From assembly GCA_963666975.2 (NCBI GenBank), contig CAXVYR010000004.1:1728001-1792000 (forward strand): 64,000 nt of DNA, in the 5' to 3' direction. Below the pieces are notes generated by a model. That model saw only the letters and a list, made by a program, of their open reading frames with translations. It was not told the DNA's origin and searched no databases. Each line of letters opens with the position of its first letter. Position 1 is the stretch's first letter. Shown here one piece after another: positions 49,281-59,272 of the stretch. This DNA is from Terriglobia bacterium (GTDB taxonomy: Bacteria > Acidobacteriota > Terriglobia > 2-12-FULL-54-10). The position numbers were made by a program, and so were the translations under genes.

Positions 49281-50390
49281 ATGTCATCTGTTTTCTTCGG
49301 TATTAACTTCTTCCCCACCGTTCTGCTCAGCCAGAAGAGCGGCGAGCAATATTACGAAGAGACTTTGCGGCTGAGCGTCCTGGCCGACCAACTCGGCTAC
49401 AGCCACGTGCGCACCGTGGAGCATTACTTTCGGCCGTACGGAGGGATGACGCCAAACCCGATTGTGTTCCTCACCATGGTGGCGGCCCGCACGGAGCGCA
49501 TCCGCCTGGTGACGGGCGCCGTCCTCCCCATCTTCAACCACCCGATCAAGCTCGCGGGAGAACTGGCCATGCTGGATTGCATCTCCCATGGCCGCCTGTG
49601 GGCTGGTTTTGCGCGGGCCTTCTTGCCGGAAGAGTTTGACGCCTTCCAGCGCAGCATGGATGAGAGCCGCGCCCGGTTCGAGCACGGCTTGGAGGCTATC
49701 ATCAAATTGTGGACCCAGGACGAGGTGATCCATGAGGACCCTTTCTGCCGTTTCGGACCGATCCGCATGATGCCGAAACCAGTCCAGCAACCACACCCTC
49801 CGATTTTCGTTGCTGCCATCGGCACACCGCGCAGCTTCGAGTGGGCGGGTCGTCAGGGCCACAACCTCATGGTCGTGCCTTACCTTGCAAAGTTCGAAGC
49901 CTTGCAGGAAAATCTGCAGCGCTATCGTGAGGCGTTTGCCGAGTCGCATCCGGACAAGAGGCCGTGGCCCATTCAGATGTCGTTTCACCTCCACGTCGCG
50001 GAAACGGATGCCCAGGCGCAGGCTGAGACGCAACCGCACATGGAACAATACCTGCAACTCTTCCGGGAAAGCGCCAGCGCCTGGGAGAACCGTTCCTCCA
50101 GCAACTACCCCGGCTACACTGAGCTGATTAACGAACTGGACCGAATGACGCTCGACCGAACTATAAAGGAGACGCGGGCCTTCATCGGCAGTCCCGACAC
50201 CATCGAGCGGCAAATCCGCTACATCTTGGAACAGTTCGGTGATATTGAACCCAGCCTCTCGATGCTGTACGGCAACATGCCCCTGGAGACGGCAGAGCGC
50301 AGTCTCCGCTTGTTTGCCGAGCAAGTGATGCCCCGCTTTCAGCAGCCCACCTTTGCGGCGGCTAGACCTAAGACTGCGGGAACCCGGTGA
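49281..50390 (+). CDS. Luciferase-like flavin-dependent monooxygenase
   Basis: EHYF..G, HPIKLAGELAMLD, PKPVQQPHPP and LFAEQVMP motifs. Confidence 0.9.
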   Translation: MSSVFFGINFFPTVLLSQKSGEQYYEETLRLSVLADQLGYSHVRTVEHYFRPYGGMTPNPIVFLTMVAARTERIRLVTGAVLPIFNHPIKLAGELAMLDCISHGRLWAGFARAFLPEEFDAFQRSMDESRARFEHGLEAIIKLWTQDEVIHEDPFCRFGPIRMMPKPVQQPHPPIFVAAIGTPRSFEWAGRQGHNLMVVPYLAKFEALQENLQRYREAFAESHPDKRPWPIQMSFHLHVAETDAQAQAETQPHMEQYLQLFRESASAWENRSSSNYPGYTELINELDRMTLDRTIKETRAFIGSPDTIERQIRYILEQFGDIEPSLSMLYGNMPLETAERSLRLFAEQVMPRFQQPTFAAARPKTAGTR

Positions 50391-50476
50391 CCATCAGTTA
50401 TCACCATCAGTTTTATGGGCAGCTATCACCATCAGCTATCACGGGCACCGCAGACAGGGCAGAGGAGAGACGAGCC

Positions 50477-51604
50477 ATGAGCATGGAATCAAAAGCACCC
50501 ACCACCGCCGGAACCGGCAGTTCGCCGGGCGACCGAGAGCAGTTCTACGCTGATCTCGAAAAGCTCCAAATGGGGCCATTGTGGGAGGTCTACCAACGCG
50601 TCCTGACCCGGGAACCGAGCCGGCGCGAAGTTCCCTACCTCTGGCCATGGAGCAAGGTCCGGCCTCCGCTCCTGCGGGCGGGAGAGTTGGTTTCCACAGA
50701 CGAGGCCGAGCGGCGCGTGTTGATGTTCCTGAATCCCGGCAATCCCGCGCGGATCGGAGCCACGGCAACGCTCTATGCCGCCGCGCAATTGATCCTGCCT
50801 GGCGAATCGGCGCGCGCTCACCGGCATTCCCCAGCGGCCTTGCGCTTCACCATCGAAGGCAGCGGAGCCTTCACCTGCGTCGATGGGGAAAAGGTCCGGA
50901 TGTCGCCGGGAGACCTGGTCCTGACGCCCTCCATGGTCTGGCACGATCACGGAAACGAGCAGGATCATGCGGTGATGTGGCTCGACGGATTGGACCTCCC
51001 TCTGATGGCCTCTTTCAATTGCATGTTTCTCGATGAATTCACAAGCGATGTCCAGGAAGAGCGCATGCCGCCATCCCGTTCGGAACGGCTGTATGGGCGT
51101 GGCCTGTTTCCGTCCGGCTCTACTTCGGAAATAAAAGGACCGCACTCGCCGGTCTGGGCCTATCGTTGGACCGAGGCTCGGGAGGCTCTGGAGTGTCTCG
51201 CAAAGAGCGCCGGCCCGGATGAGTTTGACGGCTATCTGATCCGGTACGCGAATCCGGCCAGCGGCGGCGAGGTTTTCCCGACCATGGGCTGCCGTGTTCA
51301 GTTGATTCCCAAGGGCGTGCATTGCCGTGCGCGACGCCGGACATCGAGCTCCGTTTATCATGTGGCCGAAGGCAGTGGGTTTTCAATCCTGGACGGTGTG
51401 CGGTTCGACTGGCAGAAAGGGGATACCTTTGCCGTGCCGATCTGGTGCTGGCAGGAACACGCCGCCGCGTCGGGCGACGCCGTGCTGTTCTCGCTGACCG
51501 ACCAGCCGCTGCTGGCTCCGCTCGGCCTGCTGCGCAGCCAACCCTATCCTGAAAACAATGGATTTCAGGCTGTCCGTTCTGTTTTTGGAGAACAGCCGCA
51601 CTGA
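50477..51604 (+). CDS. Gentisate 1,2-dioxygenase-like bicupin
   Basis: AERRVL..NPG, AHRHSPAALRF, WHDH, WLDGLDLP and YANPASG motifs. Confidence 0.88.
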   Translation: MSMESKAPTTAGTGSSPGDREQFYADLEKLQMGPLWEVYQRVLTREPSRREVPYLWPWSKVRPPLLRAGELVSTDEAERRVLMFLNPGNPARIGATATLYAAAQLILPGESARAHRHSPAALRFTIEGSGAFTCVDGEKVRMSPGDLVLTPSMVWHDHGNEQDHAVMWLDGLDLPLMASFNCMFLDEFTSDVQEERMPPSRSERLYGRGLFPSGSTSEIKGPHSPVWAYRWTEAREALECLAKSAGPDEFDGYLIRYANPASGGEVFPTMGCRVQLIPKGVHCRARRRTSSSVYHVAEGSGFSILDGVRFDWQKGDTFAVPIWCWQEHAAASGDAVLFSLTDQPLLAPLGLLRSQPYPENNGFQAVRSVFGEQPH

Positions 51605-51660
51605 GCCGCAGTCCTCTGTAGAAAAAACCAGGCAGGCACAATCACCAGGAAGACCTTCAA

Positions 51661-52617
51661 ATGAAACTGGTCAGCTACTTCACCTCTGGACGGATCAGGC
51701 TCGGCGCCCTGAGCGGCGATTTTATCGTAGATCTGAACCGCGCGCAGATCAGACTGAAGATGGCGAGCGGCCGGAGCACGGGAAAACTCCTGCCGTCCGA
51801 GATGGTGCCGTGGCTGGAGGAAGGCAAAGTGGCCTTTACCGCTGCCCAGGAAACGCTCGCTTTCGTGGAGCAGCAACTGGAAAGGGGTTCCACCGAATCC
51901 CTGCTGCGCCAGGGTCTTATCGTGCCCGCCTCGTCCGCCGCTCTGGCCGCTCCGGTTCCGCGCCCGCCAAAATTAATCGCCGTGTGGGTGAACTACACAG
52001 AGCACGGCCAGGAAGCTGCTATCGAGGCTCCCAAGAGCGCTCCTCTGTTTTTCACCAAGTTTTCGACAGCGGTCATCGGGCACGGCCAAGCCATCATTCT
52101 GCCCCGGATCAGCCAAAAAGTAGACTACGAAGCGGAGCTTGCGCTGGTCATCGGAACCCGGGGAAAGGACATCCCGGCAGAAAAAGCTTACGAACATGTC
52201 GCCGGTTATACGATCCTGAACGACGTCAGCGCGCGCGATTTTTCTTTGAAGGCATTGATCGGCGTGGTGGGGCCGTCGGACGTGCAAAAGTCGTTTGACA
52301 CTTTCGCCCCCATGGGTCCGTATCTGGTGACCGCAGACGAAGTTCCCGACCCCCATGCGCTGCGCATTCAACTCCGCATCGGGGAGGAGCTATTGCAGGA
52401 TTCAAACACCGGTTGCATGATCCATCGCATCCCCGAAATCATCGCTTACATCTCCGCCATTGCCACCCTGGAGCCCGGAGACGTGATTACAACGGGGACG
52501 CCTCCGGGAGTCGGCTTTACGCGGACTCCGCCGCGATGGCTCCGGCCAGGTGAAACCGTCCGGATCGAGATCGAAAAGATCGGGGTTCTCGAGAATCCGG
52601 TGGCCGCCGAATCATAA
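51661..52617 (+). CDS. Fumarylacetoacetate hydrolase family protein
   Basis: DYEAEL, NDVSARD, KSFDTFAPMGP and TGTPPGVG motifs. Confidence 0.92.
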   Translation: MKLVSYFTSGRIRLGALSGDFIVDLNRAQIRLKMASGRSTGKLLPSEMVPWLEEGKVAFTAAQETLAFVEQQLERGSTESLLRQGLIVPASSAALAAPVPRPPKLIAVWVNYTEHGQEAAIEAPKSAPLFFTKFSTAVIGHGQAIILPRISQKVDYEAELALVIGTRGKDIPAEKAYEHVAGYTILNDVSARDFSLKALIGVVGPSDVQKSFDTFAPMGPYLVTADEVPDPHALRIQLRIGEELLQDSNTGCMIHRIPEIIAYISAIATLEPGDVITTGTPPGVGFTRTPPRWLRPGETVRIEIEKIGVLENPVAAES

Positions 52618-52667
52618 GAAAGACGGCTCCTTTCTGTGTGCCAAAAAACCGAAGCGAGGAAAAAACG

Positions 52668-52964
52668 ATGCCGGTTCCCGAAAGAATCGACCCCGGCGGC
52701 AACGTCGTGGGGAAAGGAGATATGCGGGCGCAAAGCCAGCGGGTTTTTGAAAACATCGCGGCCATCCTGCAACAAGCCGGCGGCACGCTGGACAACCTGG
52801 TCCGCATCACCGCTTATCTGACCGACATGAGCCGGTATCCGGAATATAATGAAGTGCGGACAAAGTTTCTGGGCGCCCGCCCGCCGGCAAGCACCACCGT
52901 CCAAATCTCTGGCTTGGCGTTCGAAGGACTTTTGGTGGAAGTGGACGCGGTGGCTTATCTTTAG
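52668..52964 (+). CDS. RidA/YjgF-family protein, probably internally deleted
   Basis: PPASTTVQISGLA..LVEVDAVA; only 98 aa and lacks the YS...SGQ segment. Confidence 0.75.
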   Translation: MPVPERIDPGGNVVGKGDMRAQSQRVFENIAAILQQAGGTLDNLVRITAYLTDMSRYPEYNEVRTKFLGARPPASTTVQISGLAFEGLLVEVDAVAYL

Positions 52965-53161
52965 TCCGTCTATGAATTATGTATTCCGTCAGGGCACGGT
53001 TTTAACCGTGCCGAAACGCTCTCCAGCCAAGTGTGCTTCAGCGCCTGAGGTGAGTCTCAAATTCTACGTATTCCAGCGATTCAACCTCGATCTCAGCAGC
53101 CTGTAAAACCGTGCCCTGACGAGAGCCTAATATGGGATACACGAACTGTGAAACAGGTCTA
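52962..53161. mobile_element. TA-flanked MITE-like element carrying the GGCACG REP family
   Basis: 30-bp CGTCAGGGCACGGTTTTAACCGTGCCGAAA (52987-53016) identical to 16776-16805; imperfect ends TAGTCCGTC.. / TAGACCTGTTTC.. Confidence 0.65.
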
Positions 53162-53208
53162 GCGCAATGACCTCGCCCTCATTTAGTAATCAGTGAGCAG
53201 GAACCAGG

Positions 53209-54384
53209 ATGGACAAAGCCGGAATATACCTCAGCGTTCCCTTTTGCAGGCAAAAGTGCAGCTATTGCAATTTCGCCTCCGAGGTTCATCCCTTTTCTCA
53301 GTTGCCCCGATACCTGCACGCCTTGCAAACCGAGATCACCGATAGAGCGCGGCTTTGGCCGATGGCCGGCATTGCTTCGCCGGGAGACCTCCCGGTAAAT
53401 ACCGTCTATCTCGGCGGCGGCACGCCGGGGCTCATCGAGCCGGAGGCGCTAGGGAAGCTGCTCGGCACGGTCCGGTCCTGTTTCCCGGCGGACCCGGATA
53501 CAGAGATCACCCTGGAGACCAGCCCGGAAAACGTAACGGCCGCAAACGCCCGCTGCTGGACGTCGAGCGGCGTCAACCGTATCAGTATGGGAGTGCAGTC
53601 GATGGTCGAGCGTGAGTTGCGGGCAGTAGGCCGCCGCCACAGTGCGGAGACGGTTGGCCGGGCATTCTCCGTATTGAAGCAGGAGGGCATCTCCAACATT
53701 TCCGTTGATCTGATCGCTGGACTACCCCATCAAACCGAACAAAGTTGGGAGGCCTCGCTCGAAGCCCTGCTCCGGCTGGAGCCCGGCCATATTTCTGTTT
53801 ACATGCTGGAGGTGGATGACGACAGCCGGCTGGGCAGCGAAATCCTGAAGCACGGCCACCGCTACCGAGCGGCGGAAGTTCCCTCGGAGGAACAGGTGGC
53901 TGCCTTCTACTCCGCGGCGGTGGAGCGTTTACGCGCAGGCGGCTACGAGCATTATGAGGTCTCGAACTTCGCACGGCCGGGAAAAGCATCGCGCCACAAT
54001 GAGAAGTATTGGACCGGCGCGCCGTATTTCGGCTTCGGGGTCGATGCCCACTCCTACGACGGCGAACGCCGCTGGGCCAACACCGATTCTCTGGAGCACT
54101 ACCTGGAGAAGATGGCGCAAGCCCAGCCGCCCATCGTGGACTGGAGGACATTGTCCACACAGGAAAAACTGGAAGAAAGGTTTTTCCTGGGCCTGAGACG
54201 CAGGCAAGGGATTCGGGCATCGCGCCTGAACTCGGATTTTGATGTGGACATCCACCAAAAATACTCGGCGCAGATTCACCAGTTCCGCGAGGCCGGATGG
54301 ATGGAAACCGACGGCGACTGGCTGCGCCTGACCGACCAGGGCTTGCTGTTCTCGAACGAAGTGTTCGCGGGCTTTCTGGCCTGA
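53209..54384 (+). CDS. hemW: Radical SAM heme chaperone
   Basis: PFCRQKCSYCNF, GGGTP, YEVSNFA and HNEKYW motifs. Confidence 0.92.
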   Translation: MDKAGIYLSVPFCRQKCSYCNFASEVHPFSQLPRYLHALQTEITDRARLWPMAGIASPGDLPVNTVYLGGGTPGLIEPEALGKLLGTVRSCFPADPDTEITLETSPENVTAANARCWTSSGVNRISMGVQSMVERELRAVGRRHSAETVGRAFSVLKQEGISNISVDLIAGLPHQTEQSWEASLEALLRLEPGHISVYMLEVDDDSRLGSEILKHGHRYRAAEVPSEEQVAAFYSAAVERLRAGGYEHYEVSNFARPGKASRHNEKYWTGAPYFGFGVDAHSYDGERRWANTDSLEHYLEKMAQAQPPIVDWRTLSTQEKLEERFFLGLRRRQGIRASRLNSDFDVDIHQKYSAQIHQFREAGWMETDGDWLRLTDQGLLFSNEVFAGFLA

Positions 54385-54429
54385 GAGGAAGCCCCCTGAA
54401 GAACAAGCCGAAGATGCTATACTCTCGTC

Positions 54430-55161
54430 ATGGCAAAGGGGGATTTCAACTTCTACAAAGGTAAGGACCCACGCGAATTACCGACTTATGGGATTGTGGA
54501 GGCATCTCGGTATCTGCGGATACCCGAGGCAACGCTGCGATCCTGGGTTCAGGGCCGCACTTACCAAACTAAAACGGGGCCACGTTTCTTTAAGCCCATT
54601 CTCACCCCCCCCGACAAAAAACATCCTTCTCGGCTCTCCTTCATGAACTTGGTGGAGGCCCACGTTCTCAACGCGGTCCGCCGATGCCACAGGGTTCCCT
54701 TACCTAAGCTTCGAAAAACACTTGAATTCGTTAAGACTGAATTCCCTTCAAAACACCCATTGGGTGACCGTAAATTTGCAACCGTTGGAATAGACCTTTT
54801 CATCCAGAAGCTTGGCCACCTGACGAATATCTCTGAAAGTCGCCAACAGGCCATGCAAAAACTCCTCAAGGCGCATTTACGTCGGATCACGCGAGACCCA
54901 TCCGGTCGTGCTACTAGACTATATCTGCTCACAAGTAACCTCAGACCCAAACCACCATTCGATGCTCCAAAGGCGGTTGTGATTGATCCGTTTGTTTCCT
55001 TTGGGCAGCCTGTTCTTGCAGGGACTGGTATCGCTACGGCTCTAATTGCAGCGAGGTATAAGGCTGGGGAATCGATTGGGGAACTGGCAGACGACTATGC
55101 ACGCCGACCCGCCGATATCGAAGAAGCGATCCGGTGCGAGCTCCAACTCGAAGCTGCCTGA
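54430..55161 (+). CDS. DUF433-domain antitoxin (VapB45-like)
   Basis: HTH N-terminus, LSFMNLVEAHVL, IDPFVSFGQPV..AGESIGELADDY. Confidence 0.88.
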   Translation: MAKGDFNFYKGKDPRELPTYGIVEASRYLRIPEATLRSWVQGRTYQTKTGPRFFKPILTPPDKKHPSRLSFMNLVEAHVLNAVRRCHRVPLPKLRKTLEFVKTEFPSKHPLGDRKFATVGIDLFIQKLGHLTNISESRQQAMQKLLKAHLRRITRDPSGRATRLYLLTSNLRPKPPFDAPKAVVIDPFVSFGQPVLAGTGIATALIAARYKAGESIGELADDYARRPADIEEAIRCELQLEAA

Positions 55162-55553
55162 ACCCCTTGTATTTTTCCTGGACCGGTCCATAGGAAAGTT
55201 GAAGGTCGCGGTCGCACTCCGGCAGGCAGGCGCTCAGGTGGCCATTCACGACGATCACTCTGGACAGAAAACCTAAAGGATGAGAACTGGCTCAAGGAAA
55301 CCGGGAAGAAAAGGTGGATTGTTTTGACAAAGGACCAGCGCATCCGGTACCGTCCAAGGGAAAGTAAAACTCTTACGCAAGCGGGAGTGCGCGCGTTTGT
55401 GCTCACAGCCGGAAACATTGACGGCACTGAGATGGCGGAGATATTTGTGAAAGCGCTTCCCAAAATCAGGCGGTTTGCAGTCAAATACTCCCCTCCTTTT
55501 ATTGCTACAGTGTCCTGAAGCGGGTCCGTGTCGATGCTGGCCATTGCGCGCTG
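55097..55553 (+). pseudogene. PIN-domain toxin (VapC45-like), frameshifted
   Basis: VFFLDRSIG..HDDH, frameshift at ~55268-55276, then KDENWL..VLTKDQRIRY; further stop at 55516-55518. Confidence 0.8.
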
Positions 55554-55581
55554 AGCAATTCTCTGAAAACGGAATGCTCCC

Positions 55582-56688
55582 ATGAAAGAACACTCCAACC
55601 CCAAAAGCACCGCCACCCTGGAACAGGAGGGCAGGTCTCAGACAACCGTGGACCTGCGAAGCGACACCGTAACCAAGCCCACACCGGAAATGCGCCGCGC
55701 CATGGCCGAGGCCGAGGTGGGCGATGATGTCTACGGCGAAGACCCCACCGTCAACCGTCTGGAGCAGCGCGCCGCCGGGATGTTCGGGCGGGAGGCGGGG
55801 CTGTTTGTTCCCTCCGGCTCGATGGGGAACCTGGCGGCCATGAGGGTGCACATCCGTCCCGGGCAGGAGATCATCTGCGAGGAGCGGGGTCATGTTTACA
55901 ACTTTGAGATGGCCGCCATGGCCGCTATTGCGGGCGGTTTGGCCCGGCCGGTCCGGGGAAACGACGGGGTCCTGTCCTGGGCTCTGGTGAAAGAAGCCAT
56001 ACGTCCCCAAAGTCCCTTTCGCGCGCAGACTGGCCTCATCGCCTGCGAGAACACGCACAACATAGCGGGGGGCCGCGTGCTCCCTCCGGAATTGGCCGAT
56101 GAAATTTGCGACGAAGCGCACGCCCTGGGGCTGCGCGTTCACCTAGATGGCGCCCGCATCTTCAATGCCGCCGTCGCGCTGGGCCGGCGGGTCGATGAAA
56201 TCACCCGGAAGTTCGACTCGGTGATGTTTTGCGTCTCGAAGGGCCTGGGAGCCCCGGTGGGTTCGCTGCTGCTGGGAAGCCGGGAGTTTATCAACCAAGC
56301 CCGCATCGAACGGAAGGTGCTGGGAGGAGGGATGCGCCAGGCGGGCGTATTAGCCGCAGCGGGGCTGGTGGCGCTGGAAAAATCTCCCGCGCGTTTGCAT
56401 GTCGATCATGAAAACGCCAGGCTGCTGGCCGAAGGGCTGGCCGGGCTTCCCGGCATTCGGCTGGACCCGGCCAAGGTCGAGACCAACATCGTTGTATTCG
56501 ACATCTCCGGCACGGGCATGACGTCAGCGGAAATCTCCGAAAAACTCCGGGCCCAGCAGGTGTACGCGAACGGGGTGAGCCCCGCGGCCATGCGCATGGT
56601 CACCCACTGCGACGTGGACCGGGCCGGTTGCTTGCGGGCCATTGAACTCATGGACCGTATCGTGCGCCGCGTTTCGTCAGCCGGGTAG
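55582..56688 (+). CDS. ltaE: Low-specificity L-threonine aldolase
   Basis: [31 protein letters not shown] and [10 protein letters not shown] motifs. Confidence 0.95.
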   Translation: MKEHSNPKSTATLEQEGRSQTTVDLRSDTVTKPTPEMRRAMAEAEVGDDVYGEDPTVNRLEQRAAGMFGREAGLFVPSGSMGNLAAMRVHIRPGQEIICEERGHVYNFEMAAMAAIAGGLARPVRGNDGVLSWALVKEAIRPQSPFRAQTGLIACENTHNIAGGRVLPPELADEICDEAHALGLRVHLDGARIFNAAVALGRRVDEITRKFDSVMFCVSKGLGAPVGSLLLGSREFINQARIERKVLGGGMRQAGVLAAAGLVALEKSPARLHVDHENARLLAEGLAGLPGIRLDPAKVETNIVVFDISGTGMTSAEISEKLRAQQVYANGVSPAAMRMVTHCDVDRAGCLRAIELMDRIVRRVSSAG

Positions 56689-56798
56689 GGCGGTTTCGAC
56701 CAGTTTCTCCTGATGGGAACGCCCCCTGTTCGGGAAATTCGGCGCCAGCAGGCTCAGCGAAGTTGGAACGGAAATTCGGGAGTGGCTCAGGCAATAAA

Positions 56799-58613
56799 CT
56801 ACGGAGACTGCAAGCCGGGGAAAACTTCTTGCTGCACTTGCGGGACGAAGAAGCGGACCAACTCCGGGTCGAACTGGCTTCCAGCACACCGCTCCAGCTC
56901 CCCCACAGCCTCCCCGTGCAGCAGAGCGGAACGATAGGGACGGCGTGAAACCATTGCTACGTAGGCTTCGCAGATCGTCAAGATCCTCGATCCCACGGGT
57001 ATTTCCTTCCCTGACCGCCCCGCGGGATATCCCTTTCCGTTGAAAAATTCATGGTGGCATTGCACCATCTCCGTTACCCGGGCATCGACTCGCGCCGCCT
57101 GTAACAGACGAACTCCCTGCTCCACGTGTTGCCGCAGCGGCAAGTAGCCGCCGGGAAGGAGACGCTCCTGGTCCCGGAGCACCGTTTCCGGGATGCCTGC
57201 ATGTCCCACACCCAGAAGCAAAGCGGCACGACGGATGCGTTTGATCTCCTCCTGGGCGAGACCCGCCTCGCGGGCCAGCTCGGAAGCGTAATGGTGCACT
57301 CGCTGATGGTGCCCGTGATGGAGGAGAATCTCTTCCTCGAGCAGGGTCGTCAACTCCATCAGCGCTTGCTCGGCCACATGGTCCCGGTCCGGCCTATGGT
57401 CCGACTGGCTTTCGGCCTGGACAAGCTGCTCCAATTTGCTTACAGCCTCCTCCATCACCTCCGGGCCGGTGAAACCGGTGTACAAGGTAAAGGGAACACG
57501 GTGCTGCGCGGCGACAGGAACCGCTCCGGGAGGCTGGGACGGCTCGGCACAGGTCACGCAATTTCCGCCGCGCCCTTTGGAAAGATACAAGTTGGAGTCG
57601 GCTGCCCGAAGGATATCCTCCGGCGTAGCACCGTGCCAGGGAAAGGTGGCAATTCCGAAGCTGACCGTAAGATTCCTTTTCTGAAAGGTGGGCTCGCTGG
57701 CAATCCACAAACGCATCCGCTCAGCCAGCGTCTCGGCCTGTTCTGTAGAGGCCTCCGGCATCATGATGATAAATTCGTCACCGCCGTAGCGGGCCGCCAC
57801 GTTGCTTTGCCGCGAGCGGTTCCCCAGCAGCCTTCCCAGCTCGGCCAGCACCCGGTCTCCTTCCAGATGTCCTTCCGTGTCGTTAACGGATTTGAACTTG
57901 TCCACATCCAGAAGTAGAAGGGAAAATTGACGTCCCGTACGCGTGGCGCGTTTCCATTCCGCCTTCAGGACTTGGGAGAAGTAGCGCCGGGTCTTCAGCC
58001 CGGTCAAGCTGTCGGTGATGGCCTGCTCCTGCGTTCGCTGAAAGACGAAAGCGTTTTGTAGAACAACCGCCAGGTAACCGGCTAAGCTGCGGAATGTCTC
58101 TATTTCTTCCTCCGGGAAAACCTTCGGCGGGAGTTTCTCCATGTAGAACGCGCCCAGGTTTTTTTCCCCGTGGACAATAGGAAGGTAAAGCTGGGAACTG
58201 CTGTTTGGCTGTGCGCCCTCGCCGACGGATTCCGGAGGATCATTCTGCTTTTGGCCCTTCTCGCCCGGCTCCTTCCGCAATTCCTGTTTCCAGGGAAGCT
58301 GTTTGCCCGGCATGGGAACGGCAGTTCCGGCTTCTGTTTTCCATTCAATCTCCTCGTGCCGGGGGCCTGCCAGGCCGATCCCTGCGTATTCGCAATCAAA
58401 ATTGCGCCGAATCTCCTGCGCAATTTCTGCCAGCAGCTCTTTTGCGTCCCAGGTAGAGACCGCAAGACGTTGTATCCGGTTCAAGAACCCCAGGTGGCGG
58501 GACCGCAACTGTTCCTGGCGGAGCTTCCGTTGTTTCCGCAGGTATCCGTAGAAGAGCGCGGCTACTGCCAAAGCCAGCAAGTAATAGAGCGGTTCTACGG
58601 AGGATGGAATCAT
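56799..58613 (-). CDS. Membrane-anchored GAF-GGDEF-HD-GYP protein with a degenerate HD motif
   Basis: YGGDEF intact; LLGVGH replaces LHDIGK; HHE..GKGYP retained. Confidence 0.85.
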   Translation of the reverse strand: MIPSSVEPLYYLLALAVAALFYGYLRKQRKLRQEQLRSRHLGFLNRIQRLAVSTWDAKELLAEIAQEIRRNFDCEYAGIGLAGPRHEEIEWKTEAGTAVPMPGKQLPWKQELRKEPGEKGQKQNDPPESVGEGAQPNSSSQLYLPIVHGEKNLGAFYMEKLPPKVFPEEEIETFRSLAGYLAVVLQNAFVFQRTQEQAITDSLTGLKTRRYFSQVLKAEWKRATRTGRQFSLLLLDVDKFKSVNDTEGHLEGDRVLAELGRLLGNRSRQSNVAARYGGDEFIIMMPEASTEQAETLAERMRLWIASEPTFQKRNLTVSFGIATFPWHGATPEDILRAADSNLYLSKGRGGNCVTCAEPSQPPGAVPVAAQHRVPFTLYTGFTGPEVMEEAVSKLEQLVQAESQSDHRPDRDHVAEQALMELTTLLEEEILLHHGHHQRVHHYASELAREAGLAQEEIKRIRRAALLLGVGHAGIPETVLRDQERLLPGGYLPLRQHVEQGVRLLQAARVDARVTEMVQCHHEFFNGKGYPAGRSGKEIPVGSRILTICEAYVAMVSRRPYRSALLHGEAVGELERCAGSQFDPELVRFFVPQVQQEVFPGLQSP

Positions 58614-58844
58614 AAGATAGCTACCCAGGACAAACCGGGGCTCCAGCTATTTAACACCACACCTGAAGTTATTCCCTGAAGTTATTCAATGACACATTCG
58701 GAGGGAAGTCAAGGTTTTCAGAGTTCGCCGAGTGTGTCTTATGGGAGATGGCGGGAAATTGTAAAAAGGCTGGAACTCTGCGGAAAAAACATTCTGGGAA
58801 CGGAGCCTTTTGCGCCGCACGGCGCGAAGCTTGCGGCTTCCGGC

Positions 58845-59174
58845 TCAGGGTTCCCTCACGAATTCATACCGTTCAATCGTGGCTGCAATTCCAACACGGT
58901 TGCCCTGCTCGGAGGTCTGATCCACCCGTACGACCTTGCCCATGCACCGGATCCGCACGGAACTGCCCTTGGTGATTTCTCCCGGCAGGGTGAGAATAAA
59001 TTCGAGCGACGTGCCCACTTCCAGGTGAGATTCATATTCAAAATAGACACCGCCGGAGCTGACGTCGCGGGTTTGGACAGCTTCAATATCCGCCCCGCCC
59101 AACTCTTCCACCTTCAGGTTGACGGGCAACGTCATGGGGAAACGCTGCGACCGCCGCTTGTCATTTACACTCAT
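58845..59174 (-). CDS. PilZ-domain protein
   Basis: RRSQRF (RxxxR) and DVSSGG (DxSxxG) motifs. Confidence 0.9.
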   Translation of the reverse strand: MSVNDKRRSQRFPMTLPVNLKVEELGGADIEAVQTRDVSSGGVYFEYESHLEVGTSLEFILTLPGEITKGSSVRIRCMGKVVRVDQTSEQGNRVGIAATIERYEFVREP

Positions 59175-59272
59175 CAATAACCTCTGCGCCAACTAATATG
59201 ATTTTGAGCAACAACCACAGCTAACACAATAGCCTCCTGGTCTCATTTTCCCAATAGTACGAACGTACTAAG

